Position numbers and translations under genes: made by a program. A model generated the notes under the pieces. That model was not told the DNA's origin and did not search any database. It was given only the letters and a program-made list of their open reading frames with translations. Positions 14,176 to 23,593 of a DNA stretch of 27,090 bases are shown in pieces; position 1 is the first letter of the stretch, and the number at the start of each line of letters is the position of its first letter. Source of the stretch: a virus (taxonomy: Duplodnaviria > Caudoviricetes); IMG/VR virus record IMGVR_UViG_3300043391_000934, positions 1 to 27,090 of that record; one strand, written 5' to 3'.

Positions 14176-16173
14176 ATGACAGAATCAGACAAAAATTACC
14201 AAAAAGACCGAGACTTGATCGATTATTTCATGGGGTTAAAGGCCACTTATGCCGAACAACGACAACCATGGGAATTGAAATGGAAACAGGCGCTTGATGC
14301 GTACCTTGTTTCGGCAGATGCTGACAGGGTGTATCAGGGCCGCGCAAACATCCGAGTTCCCGTTATGACCTGGAAAGTAAAGGGGATCGTCTCTCGAATT
14401 ATGAAGGTGCTATTCAATTCAGTTCCGTTTGGACGAATTGAAGATCCGCATGAACAAGCAATGAAGAAGAATTTCGTTGGGCTTTGGAATAAGTATATCT
14501 TTGAGAAACAGATCCAGGATATTGATTTCAAACAGAATTTCAAAACATTCACACGAACCAAGGTAATTTACGGAACATCAATTGCGAAAATAACTCAAGA
14601 GTATGAAGTCGCTGACTTTTCTTACTTTGACGATGAGGAACCAGAGGAAATTGTTGTAAAAGACAACACGTACTTCCGACCAATGCTTCTAACCGAGTTC
14701 TACTCGGATATCAATAAGCCCAATATCTACGAGTCTGCGGCCAATATTCATTCAACGGTAGTTAGCCTAGAGGAGATTCGAAAAAATAAGCGGCGGGTTG
14801 AAATTGAAGTAACAGAAGTCACAGATCCAAATAGTGGCGAAGTGCTGGCGGTTAAAGAGAAGCGCAGAACAGTTGGTGTTTATGAAAACATTGATCTACT
14901 CACAACAAGCGATATCAAATCAGAGTTGACCGAGGAACAGTTGGTGTATGTCCAACAACTTGGCATGTCTCCAAAACAAGTCGGTGTTTATCAAAAATCA
15001 CTAGAGGCGACACGAAAGACCGGAAACGTTAGGGTTGATGAGTGTTATGGGCTATACGACCTTAATGCCGACGGCTATAGCGAGGAATGCATTATCGTTA
15101 TCGCCAACGGGAGCGTTGTGATTCGTGCTGAGCCTACCCCATTTAGGCACAAGCGATATAGGCGGCCGTTTATACGTGGAGTAATGGAAGAGATTCAAAA
15201 TTGCCTATATGGTTTGTCAACGGTAGTCCTTGGTCATTCTCTCTGGATGGAATTAAACGCAAGCCGGTCACAGGCAAGTGATGCTAAATCATTTTCAGTG
15301 TTCCCGATGTTTTATCAAGACACAACCAAACAAGTCGTTTGGGATAAAGTCTGGCGTCCTGGTGGCATCATTAAAGGCAATGGGCAAAATGGGATGGTTC
15401 CTATAATCAATCCAAATCTAGCCAATGCAGCGATCACAGACAGTGCGTTAATTCAAAAGGATCTTGACCAATTGTGGAGTCTATCTCCCGTCCAAGAGGG
15501 CACAAGTGATCGTCGATTTATTCCAGACACGGCAAGTGGCACAAACTCGATTATCAGCCAGAATGATATGCCGTTAAACGATATTATCGACACCGCAACG
15601 GATAACGAGCTGAAACCGTTCATTGAAATGCTATACGAACGCAACTTGCGATTTAAAGACGTGTCCGAGTTGTTATCGGTATGGGATGAAGCGGATCTTG
15701 CTGAAGCTGGGGTTCAAATTGATCAAGATGGAAAACCGTCCATTGACATCAAAGATCTATTGATAAATCTCAACGTTAAGCTTCTTGGTACCCTTGAGTT
15801 GAGCAATGAAGTTGCCCACCAACAAGGTTGGTCGGCCTTTGGTAACGTCGCAACCACGATTCCGCCTCTTGCTAGCCGGGTGGATTGGAATGAGTATGGT
15901 GACAAGCTTTTGCGTTCCTATGGCATTAAAGATGATGCCTCAAATATTTGGATCGATGAAGCGATATATCAAAAGGCTCAGCAAGAAATGCAACTGTCCC
16001 AGCAGCAGCAACAACAATCCGCTATGCAACAGGCCGCGCAGATGGAAAATGAGAGAGTTGGAAGATCTGTTCAAGAGCACCAGGCCAAAAAGGCGATTGA
16101 CACTGAATCCAATATTGTAATCATGCAGTCTGAAGCGCTTCTGGAAAAATCAACAGGGCAAAAGGTACAGTAA
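14176..16173 (+). CDS. Portal protein (podovirus-like, Gln-rich C-terminal barrel)
   Basis: 665 aa following terL; YGTSIAK, RPF...LYGLS and DTASGT..I motifs; QQQQQQ coiled-coil tail as in P22-like portals. Confidence 0.88.
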   Translation: MTESDKNYQKDRDLIDYFMGLKATYAEQRQPWELKWKQALDAYLVSADADRVYQGRANIRVPVMTWKVKGIVSRIMKVLFNSVPFGRIEDPHEQAMKKNFVGLWNKYIFEKQIQDIDFKQNFKTFTRTKVIYGTSIAKITQEYEVADFSYFDDEEPEEIVVKDNTYFRPMLLTEFYSDINKPNIYESAANIHSTVVSLEEIRKNKRRVEIEVTEVTDPNSGEVLAVKEKRRTVGVYENIDLLTTSDIKSELTEEQLVYVQQLGMSPKQVGVYQKSLEATRKTGNVRVDECYGLYDLNADGYSEECIIVIANGSVVIRAEPTPFRHKRYRRPFIRGVMEEIQNCLYGLSTVVLGHSLWMELNASRSQASDAKSFSVFPMFYQDTTKQVVWDKVWRPGGIIKGNGQNGMVPIINPNLANAAITDSALIQKDLDQLWSLSPVQEGTSDRRFIPDTASGTNSIISQNDMPLNDIIDTATDNELKPFIEMLYERNLRFKDVSELLSVWDEADLAEAGVQIDQDGKPSIDIKDLLINLNVKLLGTLELSNEVAHQQGWSAFGNVATTIPPLASRVDWNEYGDKLLRSYGIKDDASNIWIDEAIYQKAQQEMQLSQQQQQQSAMQQAAQMENERVGRSVQEHQAKKAIDTESNIVIMQSEALLEKSTGQKVQ

Positions 16174-16385
16174 TGGCAAAGAAAAAAATCAGGGTAGGTT
16201 TGAAAGAGGTGATGGCGACACTTGATGAGTTCAATCTGATCAGGATTGAGCAAATGGGCGTACTGTTAGACACTAGAGAGCTGGATCATTCGGCGATAGA
16301 AAGAGTTGCTATTGAGCGGCAATTGATTAACCAGCTCAAAGGAAGATTTGAATCAATGGAGGACGAAGAAAATGGAAACGAATGA
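16173..16385 (+). CDS. Small hypothetical protein following the portal
   Basis: TAATG overlap; 70 aa, helical. Confidence 0.7.
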   Translation: MAKKKIRVGLKEVMATLDEFNLIRIEQMGVLLDTRELDHSAIERVAIERQLINQLKGRFESMEDEENGNE

Positions 16386-16944
16386 ATTTAATGACGGTGG
16401 TTTAGGCGTGAATGCTGAACCAGAAAAAAAGACCCGCGCAAAATCTGCTGAGCGTGAACCAAAGGACGCTGATGATTTTGATACCGCAAAGTACTTTGAT
16501 GAACACTATTTCGATGCACCTGTTACTCGGGAATTTGATAAGAGCAATCGGGAAGTGATGGGCGAGTTCAAGAAGAACGTATTTAAACCCAACTATTCAA
16601 GCAATCGGATTCGATGCAAGATCCGAACCGCTCAGCGTTACAATGTCACGATTGAACATCTTGAAAATGCCGCGACCACTTTAAATAATCGCGTTATCGA
16701 TGGATTCTTGGCAAATGATCTTATTGGGCGTACCGGCTTTTATGATGGGGTAGTCATTAACAGGGCGGACCTTGCTACCCGGCTAAAAACAACCCCTCGC
16801 GCTATTGAGATTGCGGATTCAAAGCTTGCAAGCATCATCAAAAAAGAGGATGTTTTGAGCGCATATTCAATGGTTACAAGCCTAAAACTCAACGATATGC
16901 AACAAAAAGTTATTGCTAATGTTGCATTTGGTGGGGAAAATTAG
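16372..16944 (+). CDS. Hypothetical protein in the head module
   Basis: Start METNEF at 16372 with GGAGG upstream; about 190 aa. Confidence 0.7.
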   Translation: METNEFNDGGLGVNAEPEKKTRAKSAEREPKDADDFDTAKYFDEHYFDAPVTREFDKSNREVMGEFKKNVFKPNYSSNRIRCKIRTAQRYNVTIEHLENAATTLNNRVIDGFLANDLIGRTGFYDGVVINRADLATRLKTTPRAIEIADSKLASIIKKEDVLSAYSMVTSLKLNDMQQKVIANVAFGGEN

Positions 16945-16996
16945 GTATTATCTTAATCGAATTGTAAATAATAGGCTGAAAACCAAATATTTTAGG

Positions 16997-17056
16997 AAAG
17001 CCGCTTAACGAATTGGTCAAGATCTACGGGTCTTTATTATAAGTTGGCGGCTTTTT
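16997..17056 (+). terminator. Compound stem-loop/terminator upstream of the scaffold gene
   Basis: AAAGCCGC...GCGGCTTT outer stem plus T run, enclosing an AAGATC-TACG-GGTCTT hairpin. Confidence 0.55.
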
Positions 17057-17079
17057 GATTTTAAGAAAAGGTGCTGTAA

Positions 17080-17949
17080 ATGACAGAAATAACAGAAGAT
17101 TTTAATTCAATGAGTGAGGATGAGCTCAAAAACTTTATCAATAAACATAATGATGAAGAAAGCGAAGCCGATCAGGTTGATGAAAATGAATCAGCTATTC
17201 AAACTGAATCAGTAAGCGCCAAACAGGATCAAGCGGAACCGGAAACGGCAAAACCCAACGACCCAATCTTAGAATCACCGTTCTATAAGGGGAAGAGTCG
17301 GGAAGAGGTCATTGAGATGCAGGAGAATGCTAAGCGCAAAATCTCCCAGCAGCAAAATGAACTTCATCAAATGAGACTTGAAATGGAAAATATCAAGGGG
17401 CAGGTTAGCGCACTAGCCAAACCCGTTGAGACAAAAGAAGACCCGTTTGAAGCCGCACTAAAAACCTACGACAAAGAGGACTTGAGAATCATTGAGCAGA
17501 TTGCCGAAAGAAAGATCCGCGAAAAAGAGGAGTTGAGACTCAATGAAACCAAAGAAAAAACAAGAAAAGCCCAAGAAGCCAACGAAGCCACGTGGCGGAT
17601 ACTAGCCCCCATCATTTCTTCAACGTACCCAACGATGGCAAATCAAATTCAAGATGAAATTATGGATAAAATTAAGGCCGATCCTGAAAATACGTTGAAC
17701 AAAGAAGGATGGCTTGAAAGCTATTGGAGAAGTTATAAAGTCCCAGAATCTGCGAGTTCCCGAAAAACAGAGAGTAATGAAGTCGTTGTGAAACGTAAAA
17801 TAATGGCGGCCACAGTTGGTGGCGGTAATGGCAGTGTCTCAGGAAATGGCACGGCCAAAAAATCCGTCGAATCTATGAATGCCGAAGAATATGCGGATTA
17901 TATGCTCACAAAGGGCATTGATATTCGCAAAGGTACTCGGTCATCGTAG
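17080..17949 (+). CDS. Capsid scaffolding protein
   Basis: Acidic, coiled-coil, YKGKS.EE..EM..N..RKI..Q.NEL pattern, Gly-rich linker and C-terminal MNAEEY helix; immediately precedes the capsid gene. Confidence 0.78.
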   Translation: MTEITEDFNSMSEDELKNFINKHNDEESEADQVDENESAIQTESVSAKQDQAEPETAKPNDPILESPFYKGKSREEVIEMQENAKRKISQQQNELHQMRLEMENIKGQVSALAKPVETKEDPFEAALKTYDKEDLRIIEQIAERKIREKEELRLNETKEKTRKAQEANEATWRILAPIISSTYPTMANQIQDEIMDKIKADPENTLNKEGWLESYWRSYKVPESASSRKTESNEVVVKRKIMAATVGGGNGSVSGNGTAKKSVESMNAEEYADYMLTKGIDIRKGTRSS

Positions 17950-17965
17950 TAGAAAAAGGCTTTAA

Positions 17966-19063
17966 ATGACAGACCAAAAATCAACCGATGCGGCTTTATC
18001 AGCTGCCGTTAATACGTATTACTCCAAACGAATCCTAAAAGACTTCGAACCAAAAACACAGTGGTACCAATTGGCCCCTGTAAAAGAGACGATTCCTCAA
18101 GGTGGCGGCGACACGATCCAGCTTACCCGTTACAAAAAGATTTCAGGATTGCGAGGCGATAACTCCAACGAGTTTGCAGCGCAACAAATGTACCTTTCTG
18201 CCGTTATCGTTCAAGCCTTGCTGCATGAGCGTGACGGGTATGTTCAGATTTCGCGCTTTGCCTCATTAACCGCCATTGGAAAGTTGCTAGACCAAGCAAC
18301 CGATAAAGTTAAAGCTGCGGCTACAAAAACGGTTGACCTTCTTATCCGAAACGATATTGGTATGATCGTCGCTGACGTGGCCAACGCCTCCTCTCTTAAC
18401 ATGCAAAACATGTCAATTGATGGTGGGACCCTTAACTCTACCGGTAAAACCGCTCGGGTATGGTCTCATGATCGTTCAGCTGCTGGTGATCGGTTCCCTG
18501 TTTATCACAACAAAACTCGACTTGCTCAATCGGCACTTGTAACCTCGTTTGCTAAAACCGGGCTTACTGTAAAGACGGTTCAAAACGGAGTTATGCGGTT
18601 ACGTCAAAATGATATCGAGCCTTGTTCAGATGGTTATTTCCACATGATCACTCCAGTTGGCGCAGCGTATCAGATCACCACAAACCCAGGATTTAAAGGG
18701 TGGATTTCCCCAACCAATAGCAGCCCCTTAAAAGAAGACCCAACCAAAATTGGTGTAATCGCTGGCGTTATGATCCATGAAACAAATATGGCTTTATCGT
18801 TCCCCTTATCAGCTGATACACTTTCAACTGCATCGGGAGAACTTTATTGTTCATTCTTGTTTGGTGATGAGGCTTACGGTTGCGCGAGCATTGAAGGTGA
18901 AGATGGTGCGAAAGGATTTAGTTTCTACTTGAAACAGTCCGGCGCACAGTCCACAAACGATCCAACTAACAAGATCAAGCAAGCCGCATTCTCAGTCACC
19001 AACGTTGGAAAAGTATTGAACAAGTCCGCTGGTCTTTGGATGCTCTCAACGTCCCAAGTATAG
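17966..19063 (+). CDS. Major capsid protein (N4-gp56-like HK97 fold)
   Basis: TYYSKRIL, IPQGGGDTI...RY, IGVIAGV..HET, FLFGDEAYG and STNDPTN motifs; 365 aa following the scaffold. Confidence 0.88.
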   Translation: MTDQKSTDAALSAAVNTYYSKRILKDFEPKTQWYQLAPVKETIPQGGGDTIQLTRYKKISGLRGDNSNEFAAQQMYLSAVIVQALLHERDGYVQISRFASLTAIGKLLDQATDKVKAAATKTVDLLIRNDIGMIVADVANASSLNMQNMSIDGGTLNSTGKTARVWSHDRSAAGDRFPVYHNKTRLAQSALVTSFAKTGLTVKTVQNGVMRLRQNDIEPCSDGYFHMITPVGAAYQITTNPGFKGWISPTNSSPLKEDPTKIGVIAGVMIHETNMALSFPLSADTLSTASGELYCSFLFGDEAYGCASIEGEDGAKGFSFYLKQSGAQSTNDPTNKIKQAAFSVTNVGKVLNKSAGLWMLSTSQV

Positions 19064-19078
19064 ATCTAATTAAGAATA

Positions 19079-19100
19079 CCGGGGCCCATATGGGCCTCGG
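19079..19100 (+). terminator. GC-rich hairpin after the capsid gene, no U tract
   Basis: CCGGGGCCC-ATAT-GGGCCTCGG. Confidence 0.5.
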
Positions 19101-19117
19101 AGTAAAGGAGATTAATT

Positions 19118-19390
19118 GTGCCCCACCTCACTATTGATAACATCAATATTCACTTCTCACCGCAGCAAAATGGCCCCATTGGCTTCGCAAGTTTTATCCT
19201 CAACAACTCAATCAAGCTGTCTTCAATCGGTATATGGCGATCCAATGACGAAAATGGATTTAGGATCACGTATCCGACAAAGGGGCACAAGGACCTTGAG
19301 ATATTTCATCCAATAGACAAGCCCACTCATGAGCAGATTTTAAATGCAATTATTTCTAAAATTAGGGAGTATAGCAATGGTTTATATTGA
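19118..19390 (+). CDS. SpoVG-like nucleic-acid-binding protein
   Basis: GFASFILNNSIKL..I.I.....GFRITYP and IFHPIDKPTHEQILNAII align with the SpoVG pattern (ASV.FD..FVV..I, GLF.AMP, D.AHPI..E.R..I..AI); AAGGAG RBS, GTG start. Confidence 0.7.
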   Translation: MPHLTIDNINIHFSPQQNGPIGFASFILNNSIKLSSIGIWRSNDENGFRITYPTKGHKDLEIFHPIDKPTHEQILNAIISKIREYSNGLY

Positions 19391-19682
19391 TTTATCCGAA
19401 AGTTTTCTCAATCTTGATGGTACAAAGGCGATAAATGCCCCAATGGGGAAAACTCTTTCCCATCAATTCGCACAGGCAAATAGCGATTCCCCTGCAAAGT
19501 ACATGACATGGGCAGTTCAGTTATGGAAAGACTCATATTTTGAGGTTAGCGAATCAGAGCTTAAAGAGATCGTTTCATTCATTGAAAAAAATCAAGCGCT
19601 CACCAATTTGGCAAAGCATCAGCTATTAGAACAAATCAGCAAATGCGAAAACCGAGTAGCAAAGAATTCGGAAGCCCAATAA
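19377..19682 (+). CDS. Hypothetical protein
   Basis: Start MVYIDL at 19377 with GGGAG RBS; TAATG coupling to the first glycosyltransferase. Confidence 0.7.
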   Translation: MVYIDLSESFLNLDGTKAINAPMGKTLSHQFAQANSDSPAKYMTWAVQLWKDSYFEVSESELKEIVSFIEKNQALTNLAKHQLLEQISKCENRVAKNSEAQ

Positions 19683-21364
19683 TGAAAATCAATGTAATTG
19701 TTCCATTCTATAAAAACCACGACACTATCGAGCGGCTTTTAATGTCGCTTGATGATCAAGACTATAAAAACTTCGACGTCACGATTGTGAGTGACGGGCC
19801 AGACAAAGAGATTGAGGCGACTATCGGCACATATCTTGAAGCTGGGCGATTTGGATTTCCTTTAAAGTTTGAGTCATTACCAGAAAATAAAGGGGCTCCC
19901 GCCGCCCGTAACTTTGGCGCACAAATATCAGGCGAGGAATTGCCACATAGCTACTCACACAAGAGCACAAAGGCAGGCGCTGGGGAGATCCTGTTTTTCC
20001 TTGATGCTGACTGCCAAATGTACCCCGGAATTTTCTCGGAATTCATTACCCAATTCAAAAAGGACCCGAAAGTAGCCTTTGTGTATGGGAATTATCGATT
20101 TGAGAATAAATACGAATTCCATTCACAGCCGTTTGACGCATACTTACTCGAAACCATGAACTATATCCCTACTATGTCACCGATTCGAAGGTCGGTATTT
20201 AATGAAGTGGGGAAATTCATTGAAGGTCAACCATACTTTCAAGATTGGTCCCTGTTTTACAGAGCCGCAAAGGCTGGGTTTCAGGGGAAATTCATCAAAG
20301 AGTTCATCTTTACAACAAAAACATCTACCGAAGACAATATTTCAGGTACAAAAGGGCTCTCTCTGGACGAAAAGGCAGAAAAATTCCGCGATGAACACGG
20401 TATCGATCACAAGCCGTTCGCGATTACTACCTGGGGCGCGCCACTGCAAGCAATCCAACGGGCTAAAATCTTAGGCGCCGACTATGTTGGGCCGGCCAAT
20501 GGTTCCCGGCGTCAAGTTTTTCCAGTGAATTATCAATTCAAGAACTGGAAGGGCACTTACATAATGGGGGTTTATTCCGACCCATTATCTGCCTTTCAAA
20601 ATCACCTGTCCGTACTTTATGGTGAAAAGAAGGTATATCACTTTATTGGAACCGATGTTTTTCAGATGATGACAACACATCCGGCATTTGAGATTGAGGC
20701 TATCAGCAACGTATTTAAGCTTCAGAAGGCCACCGTGTTTGCAAACAGCCCTCGAATGGTTCGTGAATTGGCATCGGTTGGAATCGAAAGTGAGCTATTG
20801 TATACACCGATTTACAATATGAATCAGTATCAATCGTTCCGAGTAATGCCGGAAAAACTCACGATTGCAGTCTATTACAGCGATACAAACCCAATGCATT
20901 CTAGGGACGGACAGGGCGGATTAAGTAATATCCCATTGCTTTTAGACGTCGCGTATTCAATGCCAGACGTCAATTTCAAATTCTTTGGTGGCCAAGCCAA
21001 GGGAATAGATAAAAACGTTGAATGGTGCGGACGTATACCTGAGGAGAAAATGAATGAATTTATCAACTCTTGCTCTGGTATTATTCGGTCAACGATTCAT
21101 GATGGGTTTCCACAATTGCCGATACAGTTTATGTTAGCGGGTCGCCACGCGCTGGTAAGTTGCCCAGATAGGGAGATGGCATATGCGGATAAACTATCCT
21201 TCGAGGATATCAATCATTACGAAAACTCGAAAAATGAGGTTATTTCTAAGATTTATGCGCTTGAGTCGAAAAGTGGTCCGAATCCTGGAGATACTCATGG
21301 GTACTACAAAGCGTTGATGAATGAGGACTATTACCGAGAAAGGGTCCGCTCATGTTTCGCATAG
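19682..21364 (+). CDS. Two-domain glycosyltransferase: N-terminal GT2 (GT-A) plus C-terminal GT-B-like domain
   Basis: INVIVPFYK, IVSDGP, NKGAPAARNFG, FFLDAD and FQDW in the N-half; PDVNFKFFGG..NVEWCGRIP...IRSTIHDGFP..P..FMLAGR in the C-half. Confidence 0.88.
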   Translation: MKINVIVPFYKNHDTIERLLMSLDDQDYKNFDVTIVSDGPDKEIEATIGTYLEAGRFGFPLKFESLPENKGAPAARNFGAQISGEELPHSYSHKSTKAGAGEILFFLDADCQMYPGIFSEFITQFKKDPKVAFVYGNYRFENKYEFHSQPFDAYLLETMNYIPTMSPIRRSVFNEVGKFIEGQPYFQDWSLFYRAAKAGFQGKFIKEFIFTTKTSTEDNISGTKGLSLDEKAEKFRDEHGIDHKPFAITTWGAPLQAIQRAKILGADYVGPANGSRRQVFPVNYQFKNWKGTYIMGVYSDPLSAFQNHLSVLYGEKKVYHFIGTDVFQMMTTHPAFEIEAISNVFKLQKATVFANSPRMVRELASVGIESELLYTPIYNMNQYQSFRVMPEKLTIAVYYSDTNPMHSRDGQGGLSNIPLLLDVAYSMPDVNFKFFGGQAKGIDKNVEWCGRIPEEKMNEFINSCSGIIRSTIHDGFPQLPIQFMLAGRHALVSCPDREMAYADKLSFEDINHYENSKNEVISKIYALESKSGPNPGDTHGYYKALMNEDYYRERVRSCFA

Positions 21365-22101
21365 GCATTGTAGGATTCGGATTTGTTGGTCAAGCTGTGT
21401 ATGGCTCAATAACCCCGCATAGGTCTGAAGTTTGTGTTTATGACAAATACAAAGAGATGGGCAGCATCGAATCCATCAATAAGTCTCAAATTGTGTTTGT
21501 ATGTGTCCCGACACCAACTATTAATGGTGTGCAATCAACAGAAGAGCTAGATGAGGTTATGAGCTGGCTTACAGGTCCATTGATTGTCATCAAAAGCACA
21601 GTTTTACCAACATGGTTTGAAAAGCATCCAACAGTTGTTTATAACCCCGAATTCTTGAATCAAAATAATGCGATTTCAGATTTCAGGAACCAAGAATCAA
21701 TGGTAATTGGTGCGAGGGCGGATCTTGCTTTGGTACTTGAGAACGTGTACAACAACTATTTCACAATTGACTCAGACCGTATTTTTTGCAGCTTAAAAGA
21801 GGCGGCCGAATTTAAGTACACCCACAACCTTTACCATGCCTACAAGGCTCTTTTTTGGCACTATGTTCAAGAGTTAACAGGTAATCAGCGAAAGATGTTT
21901 TCTATGTATTCCAAGTTATACGGCACTAACGAGTCAAGAGAAATGGCGCGTATTTGTGCGGATGGTGAGCCAGGAGTTGGTGGTGCATGCTTCCCAAAGG
22001 ATATGGTTGCAATCAATTCAATGTTTAATCACGAATTGACAAAGATGATGATCGGATACAATAGCGCATTAAGAACCGACACGATGGAGGCTGTATTGTG
22101 A
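21352..22101 (+). CDS. UDP-glucose/GDP-mannose 6-dehydrogenase family protein, short form
   Basis: IGIVGFGFVG, FVCVPTP, VIKSTV, YNPEFL and catalytic-Cys motif GGACFPKD; 249 aa, with no C-terminal UDP-binding domain. Confidence 0.88.
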   Translation: MFRIGIVGFGFVGQAVYGSITPHRSEVCVYDKYKEMGSIESINKSQIVFVCVPTPTINGVQSTEELDEVMSWLTGPLIVIKSTVLPTWFEKHPTVVYNPEFLNQNNAISDFRNQESMVIGARADLALVLENVYNNYFTIDSDRIFCSLKEAAEFKYTHNLYHAYKALFWHYVQELTGNQRKMFSMYSKLYGTNESREMARICADGEPGVGGACFPKDMVAINSMFNHELTKMMIGYNSALRTDTMEAVL

Positions 22102-22913
22102 ATGTTCTGGTTATTGGCGGGTATGGCTTCATTGGGAGCCATCTTTGCAAGAAGCTAAAAGAAGAGGGCGTTTCGTTTGATATTTACGATAACGACACTC
22201 CAAATGGCAACCCAAGTGAAGCGTTAAAGGCCCGCAGAAAACAGGGGCTAGATAATCAGGTTTATGACATCAACGACTTGTCAAAGTACACCCATATCGT
22301 ACATCTAGGGTCTCTTGCTGGGCCTCGAAACGGGAATGATGAGGGTGAGTTTTATGAGAGGAATATAATGGGCCTTAGATTCTTACTTCCAAGAGTTAGC
22401 CAGAGCCAGCACTTCACTTATATAAGCTCATCGAGCATATTTGGAACTCCACAGACCGCATATTCTAAATCAAAAATGATTTGTGAAGGAATAACTCGGC
22501 TGTGGAGTAAAAGGTCATTGATTATTCGTCCGTTTACAGTGTATGGCGAGAATGGGCGACCAGAAATGCTTGTAACTAGGTGCGCATCACAAGGGAACGT
22601 ATTGATTAATGGGGATGGTAATTTAAAGCGGAAATTCACCTATGTTGGTGATTTGGTACGCATTATCATTGATGGGATTAAGATGAATGGGTCGGGGATC
22701 ATTAACGCAATTGGGAGGCATGAATATAGCATTTTAGATGTGGTACGAATATTCGGAAACTCTCACCGTTACGGGGATGAGTCGCCTTTTGATTTCAAGG
22801 AACAATCATCGGGATCTATCGTACTTGGTGAAGACTTTTCAGGTCAGAATATCTATTGTGAAACACGTATTGAAGATGTAAAAGATAAATTAATCGAAGG
22901 AAACAGACCATGA
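22098..22913 (+). CDS. NAD-dependent nucleotide-sugar epimerase/dehydratase (extended SDR)
   Basis: GGYGFIG, ISSSS, YSKSK (YxxxK), RPFTVYGENGRPEM and R.FTYVGD, resembling UDP-glucuronate 4-epimerases. Confidence 0.9.
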   Translation: MNVLVIGGYGFIGSHLCKKLKEEGVSFDIYDNDTPNGNPSEALKARRKQGLDNQVYDINDLSKYTHIVHLGSLAGPRNGNDEGEFYERNIMGLRFLLPRVSQSQHFTYISSSSIFGTPQTAYSKSKMICEGITRLWSKRSLIIRPFTVYGENGRPEMLVTRCASQGNVLINGDGNLKRKFTYVGDLVRIIIDGIKMNGSGIINAIGRHEYSILDVVRIFGNSHRYGDESPFDFKEQSSGSIVLGEDFSGQNIYCETRIEDVKDKLIEGNRP

Positions 22914-23593
22914 AATTGACTTTCGTTCTACCTGTACATAATGAACAATGCAATGTTGCAATCGCTTTAAGGCATCTTATTAGGCAGTCTGTTCCTGCTG
23001 AAATTATTGTTATTGATGATGGGTCTACCGATGCGACAATAAGGATTGTTAAAGAGATAATCAAAGACGCCCCAGAAGACAAGAAAATTATTTTCATTGA
23101 AAACCCAAAACGAATTGGTGCTGCTGCATGTCGGAATATGGGGAATAAGTTGGCGGAAGGCGATATAATTGCAGTGTGTGACGCCGAGATTTATTACAAG
23201 GACCGAGGCAAGGCAATCCTTGAATTCTTTGAATCATTCCCTGATAAAGGGTTTTTCTATTCCGCATTGCACCTAAAATCAGCCGAAACCCATGAGGATA
23301 TTGGGGAGATGCCAGCTATTGAATGGGATTTTAAATCAAAGTGCCCAATTTCTCACCCGTCCGTTGCGTATCGAAAAAGCGTTGCGATGCAATTTCCATA
23401 TCATGAAGCATCATTAGAAACGGATCTTTTTGAGTTTATGGCGTTGGATGCTCACAGGGGAGGCGTTTTGTTTGGGGGATGTCAAAATCCGCTACTATGC
23501 AAACTAGAAGGAAACTCAAATAGGGATATGATGGAATCCAAGATAGTAAAGCAACTTAAATATGAAGAATATGGGATTGAAGTATCTTTATGA
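22910..23593 (+). CDS. Glycosyltransferase family 2
   Basis: FVLPVHN, EIIVIDDGSTD.T, GAAACRN.G...A.GDIIAVCDA and HPSV.YRK. Confidence 0.9.
   Translation: MKLTFVLPVHNEQCNVAIALRHLIRQSVPAEIIVIDDGSTDATIRIVKEIIKDAPEDKKIIFIENPKRIGAAACRNMGNKLAEGDIIAVCDAEIYYKDRGKAILEFFESFPDKGFFYSALHLKSAETHEDIGEMPAIEWDFKSKCPISHPSVAYRKSVAMQFPYHEASLETDLFEFMALDAHRGGVLFGGCQNPLLCKLEGNSNRDMMESKIVKQLKYEEYGIEVSL

Noticed and set aside
15978-16042. CAG/CAA repeat as a contingency locus
   Set aside because: It encodes the Gln-rich coiled-coil tail usual in podovirus portals, with mixed codons.
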